From the NCBI GenBank assembly GCA_937146725.1, contig CAKZRU010000110.1:13737-77736 (forward strand): a stretch of 64,000 nt of DNA. Reading direction: 5' to 3'. The notes under the pieces are model-generated. The model was not told the origin of the DNA. It saw nothing but the letters and a program-made list of their open reading frames with translations, and ran no database searches. This DNA comes from an uncultured Myxococcales bacterium (lineage in GTDB: Bacteria > Myxococcota_A > Bradymonadia > UBA7976 > VGTA01). Below, one piece after another: positions 35,600 to 45,717 of the stretch. The translations under genes were made by a program, and so were the position numbers. Each line of letters begins with the position of its first letter. The stretch's first letter is position 1.

Positions 35600-36526
35600 T
35601 TAGCTGTGAGATTGATTTCGGGCACTGACCCAAGATCTTTGTCGCTGTGCTTCATACAAGATTAAGCTGGCCGCGACTGCAATATTCAGTGAGTGAATAT
35701 GGCCTAGCATAGGCATTAAAACACAGCAGTCCGATTGATCAACCACCGCTTCATCAATTCCTTCATGTTCATTGCCTACCATGAGTAAGCTTGGTTTGGT
35801 ATAATCCACCTCGGTATAATTTGCTTCCGCTTTCGCTGATGTTGTGATGACCTGTATCCCTTGAGCTTGTGCTTGCTTCACCGCTTCTAAGCTAGACTCT
35901 GCTTGTGAGAGTGGTAAGCAAAATGTGGCACCTCTTGAGGCCCGAACTACACGACGGCCCCAAGGGTCTACTGTATTTCCAGATAAAAGTACTTCAGTGA
36001 CACCGGTCGCTTCTGCGGTTCTCAAAAGCATACCTAAATTATCAGCATTATCCCCTCGATCAACCCCCAAATAAAGTGAAGGACCATGCGCCAAGTGGGC
36101 TTGAGGTTGCCACAGGTTGACTTCACGTTTAACCAACGCAACACAGACCGGAGTGGGTTTGGCTTCTAAACATTTATGAAGCATACCTTCTGCACACGAA
36201 TATACTGGAGTGCCTGGCTTTAAACTCTGCCTTAAGGCGAGACCATCCGCATGAGTTGCAAAACCTTCAGCACAAATCAATGCCACAATCTCGGCACCAT
36301 AGCGAAGTGCTCGCCCGCATAGATCAGGACCTTCGGCTAAGTATAAGCCTTCTTTGGCGCGCCCCCCGGCGGTTTTAATTTTACGTAGCGATTTAACCAC
36401 CGGATCCTTTAACCCAGAAACCGGTCGGATCGCTTCTAGTTCCTTTTGGAAGCTAAATGCTGAAAGTTCTACACTATCTTTAGTCATTGTCACTGTTCCT
36501 TTTATTGACCTTTGTGGCTTCATCAT
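35600..36526 (-). CDS. TrmH/SpoU-family RNA 2'-O-methyltransferase
   Basis: LLMVGNEHEGI.......MPMLGHIHSLNIAVAASLILYE (SpoU motifs 2 and 3). Confidence 0.8.
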   Translation of the reverse strand: MMKPQRSIKGTVTMTKDSVELSAFSFQKELEAIRPVSGLKDPVVKSLRKIKTAGGRAKEGLYLAEGPDLCGRALRYGAEIVALICAEGFATHADGLALRQSLKPGTPVYSCAEGMLHKCLEAKPTPVCVALVKREVNLWQPQAHLAHGPSLYLGVDRGDNADNLGMLLRTAEATGVTEVLLSGNTVDPWGRRVVRASRGATFCLPLSQAESSLEAVKQAQAQGIQVITTSAKAEANYTEVDYTKPSLLMVGNEHEGIDEAVVDQSDCCVLMPMLGHIHSLNIAVAASLILYEAQRQRSWVSARNQSHS

Positions 36527-36641
36527 GGTAATTCAATGGCCGAGATCTTGCTCATCCTAATCATCAGAGCTTTTATGTACCACAGTTTTTTGCTTGTGGT
36601 GAATGTAAAGCATCCTGCTCGTATCATGAAGGGACTGAATC

Positions 36642-38090
36642 TTGGCAAATATATGGCTTATCGAGGGCAGTCAAGTTGTTCGACATATGGTAGAGATCGC
36701 TTTAGATGGATTACCCGCTAAACTTTCTTTTGCTTCTCATATCAATGAATTACTACAAGGAGATATCCCAAGTCCACACTTGCTGATATGTGCCGAATTT
36801 GTAACGGGCTCCCAAAACACAGAAGAATCGGCATCTTATCAAGCTCAAGTAAAGCATTTAGCTGAGCAAAATTATAAATGTCCGGTCATTATCTTGCAAA
36901 ATCAGCATTCTGCTAAGATTGAGCCTTATTCAATCGCGGATGGCTTACCTTTGGTTGATAGCATTCGTAAACCTTTTAAAACTTTTGAGTTATTAAAAAG
37001 TGTTTGTAATGCAATGGCTTGGCAAGTTCCACATGAGAATATATTTGCGGCTCAAAGTCGAGTCATTCCACTTGCTAAGCCAAAAGTGGCAGTTAATACG
37101 CCTTCGGTGACAAGTCTTGAAAGTCCTGAAGAGCCACCGGCTCCGCCAGTGATGGCTGAACCACCGGCTCCACCGGTCATGGCTGAACCACCGGCTCCAC
37201 CGGTCATGGCAGAGCCACCGACTCCACCGGTCATGGCTGAACCACCGGCTCCACCGGTCATGGCTGAACCACCGGCTCCACCGGTCATGGCTGAACCATC
37301 CGCTCCACCGGTTTTGAGTGTGGTGACTGATCATCCTGCCTTGCACAAACAAGCACAAGATCTTGGACCAATCGACTTATCTCCTCAGGCACATCTAGAA
37401 GAAGATAAAGAGCATGGTTCAATAGGGTCTGCAGAAGACATCGATCCACAGTCTGAACAACAAACAGAGCCTCCTTCGGCCGATGAGAGCTTTCAGTTTG
37501 ATTTTCCACAGCTCGCAACTGATCAAGAACAAGCAAGCTTTGAAAAAGAGGAAGAAGCCGAGGAAGAAGCCGAGGAAGAAGACAAGGAAGAAGACGAGAG
37601 TCACTCTATCCCGTCCACGCCGTTGCCCGAAGAACTTCAAGATGATTGGTTAACAGAAAATGGAGCGACACCCACTGCTCAAATGACCACTCAAGTCGCC
37701 GAAACGGACGATGAAGCAAGTCAGCTTGTTGCTTCGCAAGAACTCAATTCTTCTCAACGAATTGTAGAAGAAACAAATGACTCCTCAAAACCCATTGAAT
37801 CACTTAGTTCTGAATCCTTTGAGAACAACAAGGCATCTGAAAGTTTGGAAACCCGTTGGTTACAAGAGCTTAAAGGTAGTGTTGAAATTGTGAGTGATCA
37901 AGCTTTGGCCGTTGTGCAAAAAGCGATTCAAGCAAATACTCAAGCTCCCAATCAAGCAAGTAATCATCCAACAGAACCTTTGTCTACTCATGAAATGAGA
38001 GTACTAATTGAGAGGATTGCATGGGAAGTTGTCCCCACATTGGCAAGCGTCGAGTTACGAGATCGTATCCAACAGATGACCAACAAGTAA
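36642..38090 (+). CDS. Pseudo-receiver (CheY-like, acceptor residues substituted) protein with a Pro-rich 9-aa repeat array and an acidic region
   Basis: The N-terminal ~120 aa follow a REC layout (IWLIEGS.., LLICAEF.., IRKPFKTFELL), but the DD and D positions read EG and A/E. This is followed by 7 x EPPAPPVMA. TTG start. Ends 3 nt before mfd. Confidence 0.5.
   Translation: MANIWLIEGSQVVRHMVEIALDGLPAKLSFASHINELLQGDIPSPHLLICAEFVTGSQNTEESASYQAQVKHLAEQNYKCPVIILQNQHSAKIEPYSIADGLPLVDSIRKPFKTFELLKSVCNAMAWQVPHENIFAAQSRVIPLAKPKVAVNTPSVTSLESPEEPPAPPVMAEPPAPPVMAEPPAPPVMAEPPTPPVMAEPPAPPVMAEPPAPPVMAEPSAPPVLSVVTDHPALHKQAQDLGPIDLSPQAHLEEDKEHGSIGSAEDIDPQSEQQTEPPSADESFQFDFPQLATDQEQASFEKEEEAEEEAEEEDKEEDESHSIPSTPLPEELQDDWLTENGATPTAQMTTQVAETDDEASQLVASQELNSSQRIVEETNDSSKPIESLSSESFENNKASESLETRWLQELKGSVEIVSDQALAVVQKAIQANTQAPNQASNHPTEPLSTHEMRVLIERIAWEVVPTLASVELRDRIQQMTNK
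37131..37319. repeat. Seven tandem 27-bp repeats (GAACCACCGGCTCCACCGGTCATGGCT)
   Basis: Read directly. Units start at 37131, 37158, 37185, 37212, 37239, 37266 and 37293, and the inner copies are nearly identical. Confidence 0.95.
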
Positions 38091-38093
38091 GCC

Positions 38094-41000
38094 ATGATGA
38101 CTGAGGTTAAATCGGAATGGGGTGAGTTTGGTAATGAGCAGGCAAGATTTCCGCTTGCTCAAGTGCTTGCCCAGTTAAACCAAGGGGAAGCGGTGGTCAA
38201 AGACTTGGGGATGGAGGGCTTTGCTTATCTTGTTCGGCAAATGCTTGCTCAATCGCCACAACTCAGCCAAAGACCATTCATTGCGATTACGCCTACAGAA
38301 GAAGAAGCGATTCGCTTAGGCCACAATTTACGGGCTTGTTTGGCCGGTGGTGGCCCGCTCATTGGTGAGGCTAGGCGCTCTGTGTATGTATGGGGAGAAC
38401 CTTCACCGCCTTATGAGTCGATTAGAGCCTCTCGTAAGGAGGCCGGAGAGCGACTCGCCATGTTAGCCATGCTCACTCAGGGTCGTGGCGCTCAGATCCA
38501 AGTGATGAGTATCATGACTTATGTCAGACGTGTGTTAAGTCCTTATCACTTAAAGGAACGCACTCATCATCTTGTTGTTGGAGAAGAGCTTGACCGAGAG
38601 GCTTTGATTGAATCGCTTGTGGCTGAGGGCTATGAGCGAGTGAGCTTAGTTCATGAACCATGCTCCTTCTTGGTGCGCGGTGATCGGCTAGATATTTATT
38701 CTCCGCATTTGAGCTCTCCGGTGAGAATCAGCTTTTTTGGTGATGAAATAGAATCTATTTGTACTTTTAAGCCGGAAACCCAGCGTCGAGATAGTGGGGT
38801 TTTAAGTGAGCTAACCTTACCACCATTACGAGAAGCGCCATTGACGGCTGATTACGCTTCTCAGTGTGGTGATGGCGTGATTGCATTGGCTGATGAACTA
38901 TGGGATGAAGACCCTAGTTTGGAACAGTATGGGATTGATCCATCCGCAGCAAAAATCACAGATCTAGCCGATGCCTTGAGCGATCAAATTGCAGTTGCGG
39001 AACTCGAGGCGTTGTTGCCCTGTTTTTTCCCAGAAGGTTTATTGCCTTTAAGTGAGTTTATCACTGAATGTAAAACAGAACCTTGGTTTGCGATTTGGGA
39101 CAGAGCGAGAATCTTTTCACTGCTTGAAGATCGCTTAGGGCAATGGACACAGGTGCATCGAAGTGGTCTTGAACAAGGTCACTTATCAGCACCACCGCAT
39201 CATCATATTTTAGACTTAGAGGCTTTAGCTGATACTTGGTCAGGTCAATCTTGCTTGGTGGCAGCCCCTTATGATTTAGCCGAGCATTCTATTTCTTTAT
39301 ATTTGCCTTCTCACTTACCTCTGAGACAGCGTTTAGACCGAGAAAGAGGACGCGATAATGCCTTAGGGCCATTAGTAGAGTCTTTGGAAGTTTGGCTTGA
39401 AGCCGGTAAAAGAGTGGCGATTGTTTGCCAAACACGTTCACAGCGTGATCGTCTGAGTCGTGAAATTGGTCAAAAGGCTGTTATCTATTCATATTCATTG
39501 GCGAATTGGCTTTTAGAGTGTGAGGCAGGTTTAGAGCAACAAGGACAAGGTGAGCCAGCAAATCAAGCAGATCATGTTTATATTATTCGGGGGATGTTAG
39601 GAGCCGGTTTTCATGATAATGAGGCCAATATCGCCTTGTTGTCAGCAGCGGAAATCTTTAGTACGCCCTTGTCTTTAAGGCGGCAAAGCAAAGGAGAACG
39701 CGGGATTGACTTAGATGTTGATGCCTTACTCAGCGGGCGACGCTTTGCCACACAAAGTTCAATCAGTAGTCTTAAAGAAGAAGCCGAAGCAAAGCCTGTG
39801 GATCCTTGGGATAATCAAAGTGTGGAAGGCATCAATTTAAATACTGCCCACGAAAACTTAAACCAAGAATCTATTGAGAGCCCTTTTATTAGAAGTCTTA
39901 CCGATTTGAATGTGGATGATCCGATTGTTCACCTAGACTATGGAATCGGTATTTTTAAGGGCTTGGTTCAGGTAGATGATCAGGGAAGTCTCATCGACTT
40001 TGCTCACTTAGTTTTTGCTAAAAAGGAAGCGGTTTTATTACCGGTTTATCGTCTACATCTGATTCAAAAGTTTATTGGCTCTCGAAATCCTAAGCTTTCT
40101 GTCAAGGGCAGTGATTCATGGAAAAAGTCGCTCATTGATGCTAGAGAAAGCGCACAAGATCAAGCAAGAGAATTGCTCAAGGTTTATGCAGAACGGGCCC
40201 GAACTCAAGGTTTTGCTTATTCGGAGCCAGATCAAGCTTATGCAGAGTTTGAAGCTCGCTTTCCTTACACCGAAACCCGAGACCAACTGAGGGCAATTCG
40301 GAGTATTTTGACCGATATGTGCATGAGCAAACCTATGGATCATCTTTTATGCGGAGATGTAGGCTTTGGGAAAACTGAGGTCGCCATGCGGGCCGCCATG
40401 AAAGCAGTACTTGATGGGAAACAGGTGGTTGTTTTAGTGCCCACTACCATTTTAGCGGCTCAACATACCAAGAGTTTTAGAGATCGTTTTGCTTATACTC
40501 AATTTAAAATCGCTCAGCTGAGTCGCTTTATTACTGCCGAGCAACAGCGTGCGGTCAAAGATGAGCTACGACGAGGTGAAATTGATATTATTGTGGGCAC
40601 TCATAGTGTTTTACAAAAGTCGGTTGAGATTCCTAGGTTAGGCTTACTGATTTTAGATGAAGAACACCGCTTTGGGGTCAAAGATAAAGAGCGTTTTAAG
40701 GAACTGAGAGCAAACTTAGATGTTTTATCAATGACGGCAACTCCCATTCCTCGTACCTTGCATATGAGTCTTAGTGGTCTAAGGTCAATGAGTGTGATTG
40801 CAACGCCTCCCCGAGATCGACTTAGTGTGCATACTAGAATGCTTCGAGTAAATGATGCCATTGTTCGTGAGGCGATTCTGAATGAGCTTCGTCGAGGTGG
40901 CCAAGCCTTTTTTGTGCATAATCGGGTGGAAAGTATCGAAACTCGCCGGCGTTGGTTAAGTTCTATTGTTCCAGAAGCAAGCATTGGTGTGGCTCATGGT

Positions 41001-41921
41001 AAAATGAAGCCCAAAGAACTTGAAGAAGTCATGTGGTCTTTCACCGATGGGGCTTTTAATGTATTGATTTGCACAACTTTAGTGGAAAATGGCATTGATA
41101 TTCCTAGAGCGAATACCATTATTATTGATGATGCCGATCGCTTTGGGCTCTCGCAACTCTATCAGCTTCGTGGCCGAGTTGGACGCAGTCATGAGCGAGG
41201 AAAATGCTTGCTTTTAATCTCCCCCGAAGCCCGTCTGAGTGATGAAGCTCGCGCTAGACTCAGTGCGATTCAAAAGTTTACGGAATTAGGAAGTGGTTTT
41301 CACATTGCTAGTCAAGACTTGGAATTACGAGGTGCTGGAGAACTTTTAGGCACTCGACAAAAAGGTCATGCTCAAAAGGTGGGCTTAGACCTATATGGTA
41401 AGCTTTTAGAGCAGGCTATGGATGACCTTAATGAAAGGCCAATCACCAAAGAGTTTGAACCTCATATTAAACTCAGCACTCGACCGACAGGAACCATTCC
41501 TATTGAGTACATTGATGATGTTCAAGAGCGCTTAAGAATTTATCGGCGCTTGTCCCACTTTAAGCAGCAAGAACAAATTCCCGTACTTTTAGAGGAGCTT
41601 GTCGACCGCTTTGGTCATCCACCCGAGGAAATGATTCGATTCTTGAACTTACAGCGAGTCATTCTTTTGGCCAAGGCTTTAGGACTTTTTGAGCTGTATG
41701 TTGAAAAGTACGAATTATTGATTACTCTCCATGAAGACAGTGCCTTAACAGATAGAATGATTCAAGAGGTTCTCAATCTACCCGATGCACCGTTTACCCG
41801 ACTCGCTGAAGACCGAATCAGCTTTGCTTTAACCTTAGAGCAAAGACGCAATATCGAAGCGGTTGCCAGCCAAGCTTTACTCTATTTTTATGACCGCTTA
41901 CCCAAGCGAACTGTGCTTTAA
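38094..41921 (+). CDS. mfd: Transcription-repair coupling factor Mfd
   Basis: 1275 aa with helicase motifs GDVGFGKTEV, LILDEEHRFG, TATPIPRT and QLRGRVGR, plus a C-terminal TRCF domain. Confidence 0.95.
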   Translation: MMTEVKSEWGEFGNEQARFPLAQVLAQLNQGEAVVKDLGMEGFAYLVRQMLAQSPQLSQRPFIAITPTEEEAIRLGHNLRACLAGGGPLIGEARRSVYVWGEPSPPYESIRASRKEAGERLAMLAMLTQGRGAQIQVMSIMTYVRRVLSPYHLKERTHHLVVGEELDREALIESLVAEGYERVSLVHEPCSFLVRGDRLDIYSPHLSSPVRISFFGDEIESICTFKPETQRRDSGVLSELTLPPLREAPLTADYASQCGDGVIALADELWDEDPSLEQYGIDPSAAKITDLADALSDQIAVAELEALLPCFFPEGLLPLSEFITECKTEPWFAIWDRARIFSLLEDRLGQWTQVHRSGLEQGHLSAPPHHHILDLEALADTWSGQSCLVAAPYDLAEHSISLYLPSHLPLRQRLDRERGRDNALGPLVESLEVWLEAGKRVAIVCQTRSQRDRLSREIGQKAVIYSYSLANWLLECEAGLEQQGQGEPANQADHVYIIRGMLGAGFHDNEANIALLSAAEIFSTPLSLRRQSKGERGIDLDVDALLSGRRFATQSSISSLKEEAEAKPVDPWDNQSVEGINLNTAHENLNQESIESPFIRSLTDLNVDDPIVHLDYGIGIFKGLVQVDDQGSLIDFAHLVFAKKEAVLLPVYRLHLIQKFIGSRNPKLSVKGSDSWKKSLIDARESAQDQARELLKVYAERARTQGFAYSEPDQAYAEFEARFPYTETRDQLRAIRSILTDMCMSKPMDHLLCGDVGFGKTEVAMRAAMKAVLDGKQVVVLVPTTILAAQHTKSFRDRFAYTQFKIAQLSRFITAEQQRAVKDELRRGEIDIIVGTHSVLQKSVEIPRLGLLILDEEHRFGVKDKERFKELRANLDVLSMTATPIPRTLHMSLSGLRSMSVIATPPRDRLSVHTRMLRVNDAIVREAILNELRRGGQAFFVHNRVESIETRRRWLSSIVPEASIGVAHGKMKPKELEEVMWSFTDGAFNVLICTTLVENGIDIPRANTIIIDDADRFGLSQLYQLRGRVGRSHERGKCLLLISPEARLSDEARARLSAIQKFTELGSGFHIASQDLELRGAGELLGTRQKGHAQKVGLDLYGKLLEQAMDDLNERPITKEFEPHIKLSTRPTGTIPIEYIDDVQERLRIYRRLSHFKQQEQIPVLLEELVDRFGHPPEEMIRFLNLQRVILLAKALGLFELYVEKYELLITLHEDSALTDRMIQEVLNLPDAPFTRLAEDRISFALTLEQRRNIEAVASQALLYFYDRLPKRTVL

Positions 41922-41941
41922 AACCGAGGATTAATATAGTT

Positions 41942-43018
41942 ATGCTCAGAATGATTTCCGCTCATCTTCTTTCAAGTCGGCATGTCATAAGCATGATGGT
42001 TGCTCTAAGTTTTGGAGGATTGGCCTGCCAAGAAACGCCCAGACTTGAAAAAAAACAAAGCACTCAAAGATATACAGATGACTCCCCAGTGATTGCTTCG
42101 GTGGGTGCGATTAAGATTACGCAAACGGAATTAGAGCGACGACTGGCCGAACTAAGTCCCTTATCAAGAGCAAGATATCAAAATCCAGAACGTCGTCAGG
42201 AGTTAGTCGAGACCTTAATTCGCTTTGAACTCTTGGCGGGTGAAGCCCTGAAGCAAGGTCATGGTGATCATCCGGAGGTTAAATTAGCCTATAAGCAAGC
42301 AATGGTGAGAGAGCTTCTCAAAAATGAGGTGCGAGACTTGGTAAAAATTGGTGATATTAGTGAGCAAGAGATCAGCGCTTATTATCAAGAGCATTTGGAT
42401 AAGTATCAAAGCCCAGAATTGGTTAAAGCTTCTCATATTCTCTTGGCAACAAAAGCAGAAGCAGAGGCGAAACTCAAAGAACTTAAGCTACATATTAGCG
42501 CCAATCCTAAGCAGGCTCGACAACGCTTTGGAGACTTTGCAAGTCAACATAGCACCGATGCTGAAACTCGGGCACGCCGAGGCGATTTACAATATTTTGA
42601 TCAAGAAGGTCAATTACATGGCGAACGCCGTTTTCCTCAAAGTTCACCCCCTAAAGTTATAGCCCAAGCCGCCTTTACCCTCACCCGAGTTGGTGACATA
42701 AGCGAACAAGTGATTCAATCTGAGCAAGGTTGGCATATTCTAATGCGTACCGGAGGCAAAAGGGCGTTTAAGCGAGAGTTAAAAGAGGTTCAAACCGAGA
42801 TTCGCAATACTCTTTTTCGCTTACGTAAGGCCAAGGCATTAGAGAACTATGTTAAAGCGCTCAAGGACAAGGCAACCATAAAGATCAACCATGAAGCCCT
42901 TAAGTCACTTAAGCTGAAAAGTAAGGCAAATCATCCGATCAGACAGCAGTTAAATCAACAGGGTCTACCTAGCAATATCAAAGTCCCTCTTGACCTTAAT
43001 CAAGCCTTAAGTCCATAA
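41942..43018 (+). CDS. PpiC-type peptidyl-prolyl isomerase (PrsA/SurA-like periplasmic chaperone)
   Basis: VKASHILL...FGDFASQHS.D..T..RGGDL.YF and ...GWHIL motifs. Membrane anchor or signal at the N-terminus. Confidence 0.75.
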   Translation: MLRMISAHLLSSRHVISMMVALSFGGLACQETPRLEKKQSTQRYTDDSPVIASVGAIKITQTELERRLAELSPLSRARYQNPERRQELVETLIRFELLAGEALKQGHGDHPEVKLAYKQAMVRELLKNEVRDLVKIGDISEQEISAYYQEHLDKYQSPELVKASHILLATKAEAEAKLKELKLHISANPKQARQRFGDFASQHSTDAETRARRGDLQYFDQEGQLHGERRFPQSSPPKVIAQAAFTLTRVGDISEQVIQSEQGWHILMRTGGKRAFKRELKEVQTEIRNTLFRLRKAKALENYVKALKDKATIKINHEALKSLKLKSKANHPIRQQLNQQGLPSNIKVPLDLNQALSP

Positions 43019-43100
43019 AGAGCTGTGTTTTGACATAAGCACCAAACGATTTTAATAGACCATTTATTTCCTAGATGATTTCTATGGACGAGGAGGCGAA

Positions 43101-44207
43101 ATGCTTTCATGTGTTCAAAGCCTAAGCTCAGTGTTGGCTTCAGTATGGCCTCAGAGTTTTCAAGCTAAAAAACTGATCAAAAAAGTAGCCGATTTTAAAC
43201 GTCCGATTACATTAAGTACAGTCTTGATGGTGAGTTTAATCAATAGTCAAGCTTGGCAAGAAAACCGTGCTTGTTCGCACATCTTCTTTTCGCAAGCTCA
43301 AGCGGAAGAAGTGGACCGGATTGTTGCCTTGGTTAATGACAGTGTGATCACTCTTTCAGAGCTTGAAGAACTGACTATGCCAATGATGATGCGCTTACAA
43401 ACCATCGCCGATCCAATGAAGCGTTCTGAGATTCTTGCCGAGCAGACCCAAGCCGCTTTAGAGCAGTTAATTGGCCAAGAACTATTAGTACAAATTGCCG
43501 AAGAACAAGGCATAACCGTCAGTGACGAGCAAGTAGAAGCTCATTTACAAGGCATCTTAAACCAGCAAGGCTGGGGAGAAGCAGAGTTACAGCAATATTT
43601 AAGCTCTCAAGGCATGACAAGAGGAGCTCTTAAAGCTCAATCTAGAAAGTTTTTAGTCCAACAAATGGTCGCTCAGCGTAATCTGGCCTCAAAGCTTTCG
43701 GTCACCGAAGTTGAACTGCAAGATGCGTATCAAAGCTCTCTCACAAAAGCTAAAGCCAAATTAAAGGTTGAAGGTGCTCATATCTTTTTTAAAGTGCCTT
43801 CAGGATCAACAGCAGCCGAAGAAGCGGCGATTAAGCAAAAGGCTAGTGAATTACTACAAAGAGCCAAAGATGGTGAAGACTTTAGCCAACTTGCCCAAGA
43901 GTTTAGCCAAGGCGCAGGTGCTCAAAATGGCGGTGACTTAGGCGTCATTTCTCGTGGTGGTGGTTTGCCAAGTGAACTTGAAGATGCCTTCTTTAAATTA
44001 AAAGAGGGTGAGCTTGGTGGCCCAATTCGTAGTCCTTTTGGCTATCACATACTCAAAGTAAAAAAACTAAGTACTCAAGCCCCACCCTCTTATGAAAGCA
44101 GTCGCCAAGCCCTAGAAATGCAAGTGCGTCAAAGCAAGTATCAAAAAGCCTTGAAAACTTGGATCGAAGATATGAAAAAATCGGCGTTTATTGAGCGTCG
44201 TTTATAG
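43101..44207 (+). CDS. SurA-like chaperone (SurA N-terminal domain plus PpiC rotamase)
   Basis: DRIVALVNDSVITLSELEE (SurA_N) and HIFF....DGEDFSQLAQEFSQG..A.NGGDLG.....FGYHILKV. Confidence 0.75.
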   Translation: MLSCVQSLSSVLASVWPQSFQAKKLIKKVADFKRPITLSTVLMVSLINSQAWQENRACSHIFFSQAQAEEVDRIVALVNDSVITLSELEELTMPMMMRLQTIADPMKRSEILAEQTQAALEQLIGQELLVQIAEEQGITVSDEQVEAHLQGILNQQGWGEAELQQYLSSQGMTRGALKAQSRKFLVQQMVAQRNLASKLSVTEVELQDAYQSSLTKAKAKLKVEGAHIFFKVPSGSTAAEEAAIKQKASELLQRAKDGEDFSQLAQEFSQGAGAQNGGDLGVISRGGGLPSELEDAFFKLKEGELGGPIRSPFGYHILKVKKLSTQAPPSYESSRQALEMQVRQSKYQKALKTWIEDMKKSAFIERRL

Positions 44208-44287
44208 TTGAGGAGTGAAGAAACTAGTATTCAAAGGCATACTGATGTTTTTGGTTTACATCCCCAATCTAGCGATTTGAAATTGAT

Positions 44288-44737
44288 CTACCAACCATTA
44301 ACACCTTTGTATGCGTAGATGGACATTTCAGGCTTGGGCTTTGGTTTCTTATTATGTTCTAAAGTAATCTCATAGCAGTCATGTGGTAAACCGAGTTTGT
44401 CAACTAACGCATCGAGACAAATGTGAACATCAAGCTCAGAGCTATATCCAAACATATACAGGTCATTTTTAATCCGGCAGGATCCATTTTTTGTTTTCGA
44501 TTTACGAAATAGAGCGGGCTTATTTTTGATTGGAGCCCAGCCCCCCCGCAACTGGCTCAAAAGGTTAATATTCGATAAACCGTGAGTCACAAACTGAATA
44601 AGTACATCCTTCCAAGATAATGTCTCGATTTCTTGGACACCTTGATCAAGATGCGGAAACCTAATAGTGAGTGATAGAGGAAGGAAATCCCCATCAGGAT
44701 GGGACTTATATGATGAAATTATTTTGCTTTGAGTCAT
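44288..44737 (-). CDS. Hypothetical protein, no motif I recognise
   Basis: 149-aa ORF flanked by AT-rich spacers. Coding status rests on ORF length only. Confidence 0.4.
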   Translation of the reverse strand: MTQSKIISSYKSHPDGDFLPLSLTIRFPHLDQGVQEIETLSWKDVLIQFVTHGLSNINLLSQLRGGWAPIKNKPALFRKSKTKNGSCRIKNDLYMFGYSSELDVHICLDALVDKLGLPHDCYEITLEHNKKPKPKPEMSIYAYKGVNGW

Positions 44738-44974
44738 TTAAAAACCTCTTATCCTAAACCTTTTAGGTTCTTTAGATAGTACTTAGTTTAGCTTACTAAG
44801 ATATGACTTTATATCAACTGAGTTTAAAATAAGTGTTTAATTTTAAAGAGATATTATGAATGATTATCATATGTTTATAAATCAGCCCACATTGGAATCA
44901 TTTTAGCTCATATCTTGTGGATTTGGCTCTAACTTGAAGACTTTGGGTTTTGCATATTTCCTAAGTTTATCTTC

Positions 44975-44990
44975 TTGACAAAGTTGTCAA
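44975..44990. promoter_or_regulatory. Perfect 7-2-7 palindrome TTGACAA-AG-TTGTCAA (operator-like), followed by a third TGTCAAT half-site
   Basis: Read directly. It lies 30-90 bp upstream of the candidate starts of the plus-strand ORF (45022/45064/45076). An extra half-site sits at 44995-45001. Confidence 0.35.
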
Positions 44991-45021
44991 AAAATGTCAA
45001 TTTTAACCAATATTTGACTTT

Positions 45022-45579
45022 TTGTTTTCTTCAAGGTATTCGCTTGATCAAAACTTAACAGCTATGGTCATAGGCATGCTAAAGATAAACATAAGTACTC
45101 AGCAAATTACATGTCCAAAAGTACAGCAGGCCTTAGCAGAACTTCTTGATGTACTTGCGCTCAATCAAAATCCTTTGGAGCCTATATCTCATCAGCACTA
45201 TCAAAATAAGAGTCCGGCTCGGCCTTCTCAGATCAAAACGCAAGTCAAAACTCAAATTAAAGTGTCTGTAACAGAGGTAGATCAGTGGTTGAAGGCCTTG
45301 AATCCAGCTCAACAGGCTTTTGTTCGGCAACTTAGAGGCTCTGGTCAGCTCACTTTGGAAACAAGCGCTCAACTTCTAGGGATTGAGCCCTCGGATAAAA
45401 ACTTCAAAAAACATGTTAATGGGTCTGTTGGCTCAATTATCCGCTGGTCAAAAAAGGATTATCTTGAGCAGGTTTATCAAGGTGAAATAACTTGGGAAAA
45501 CTTGAGCCAGGTTAAACTCTTAGCCCCTTGGTACTGCAATTTAGGTGTTTACTATTGGTATCCTGACCAAAGTCGCTGA
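45022..45579 (+). CDS. Hypothetical protein, no motif I recognise
   Basis: ORF from the track. The first in-frame ATGs are at 45064 and 45076, and there is no convincing RBS. Confidence 0.4.
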   Translation: MFSSRYSLDQNLTAMVIGMLKINISTQQITCPKVQQALAELLDVLALNQNPLEPISHQHYQNKSPARPSQIKTQVKTQIKVSVTEVDQWLKALNPAQQAFVRQLRGSGQLTLETSAQLLGIEPSDKNFKKHVNGSVGSIIRWSKKDYLEQVYQGEITWENLSQVKLLAPWYCNLGVYYWYPDQSR

Positions 45580-45717
45580 TGACATCGTTAAATTGATCAT
45601 TTAATCCAAAGCAACTTTCCCTCGTCTGAAACTTTCGCCTAAAGTGCAACGCTTGTTCAAGTATTGTATCATCAAAAACGGTATGCTAGGCAGTAATGGA
45701 TAAGGAGCTTTTTAATC

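Noticed and set aside
36993-37358. Antisense ORFs across the 27-bp repeat array (36993-37358 and 37052-37288, the latter reading MTGGAGGSA...).
   Set aside because: These are shadow ORFs created by the periodic repeat on the opposite strand of a CDS with a much longer, better-supported frame.
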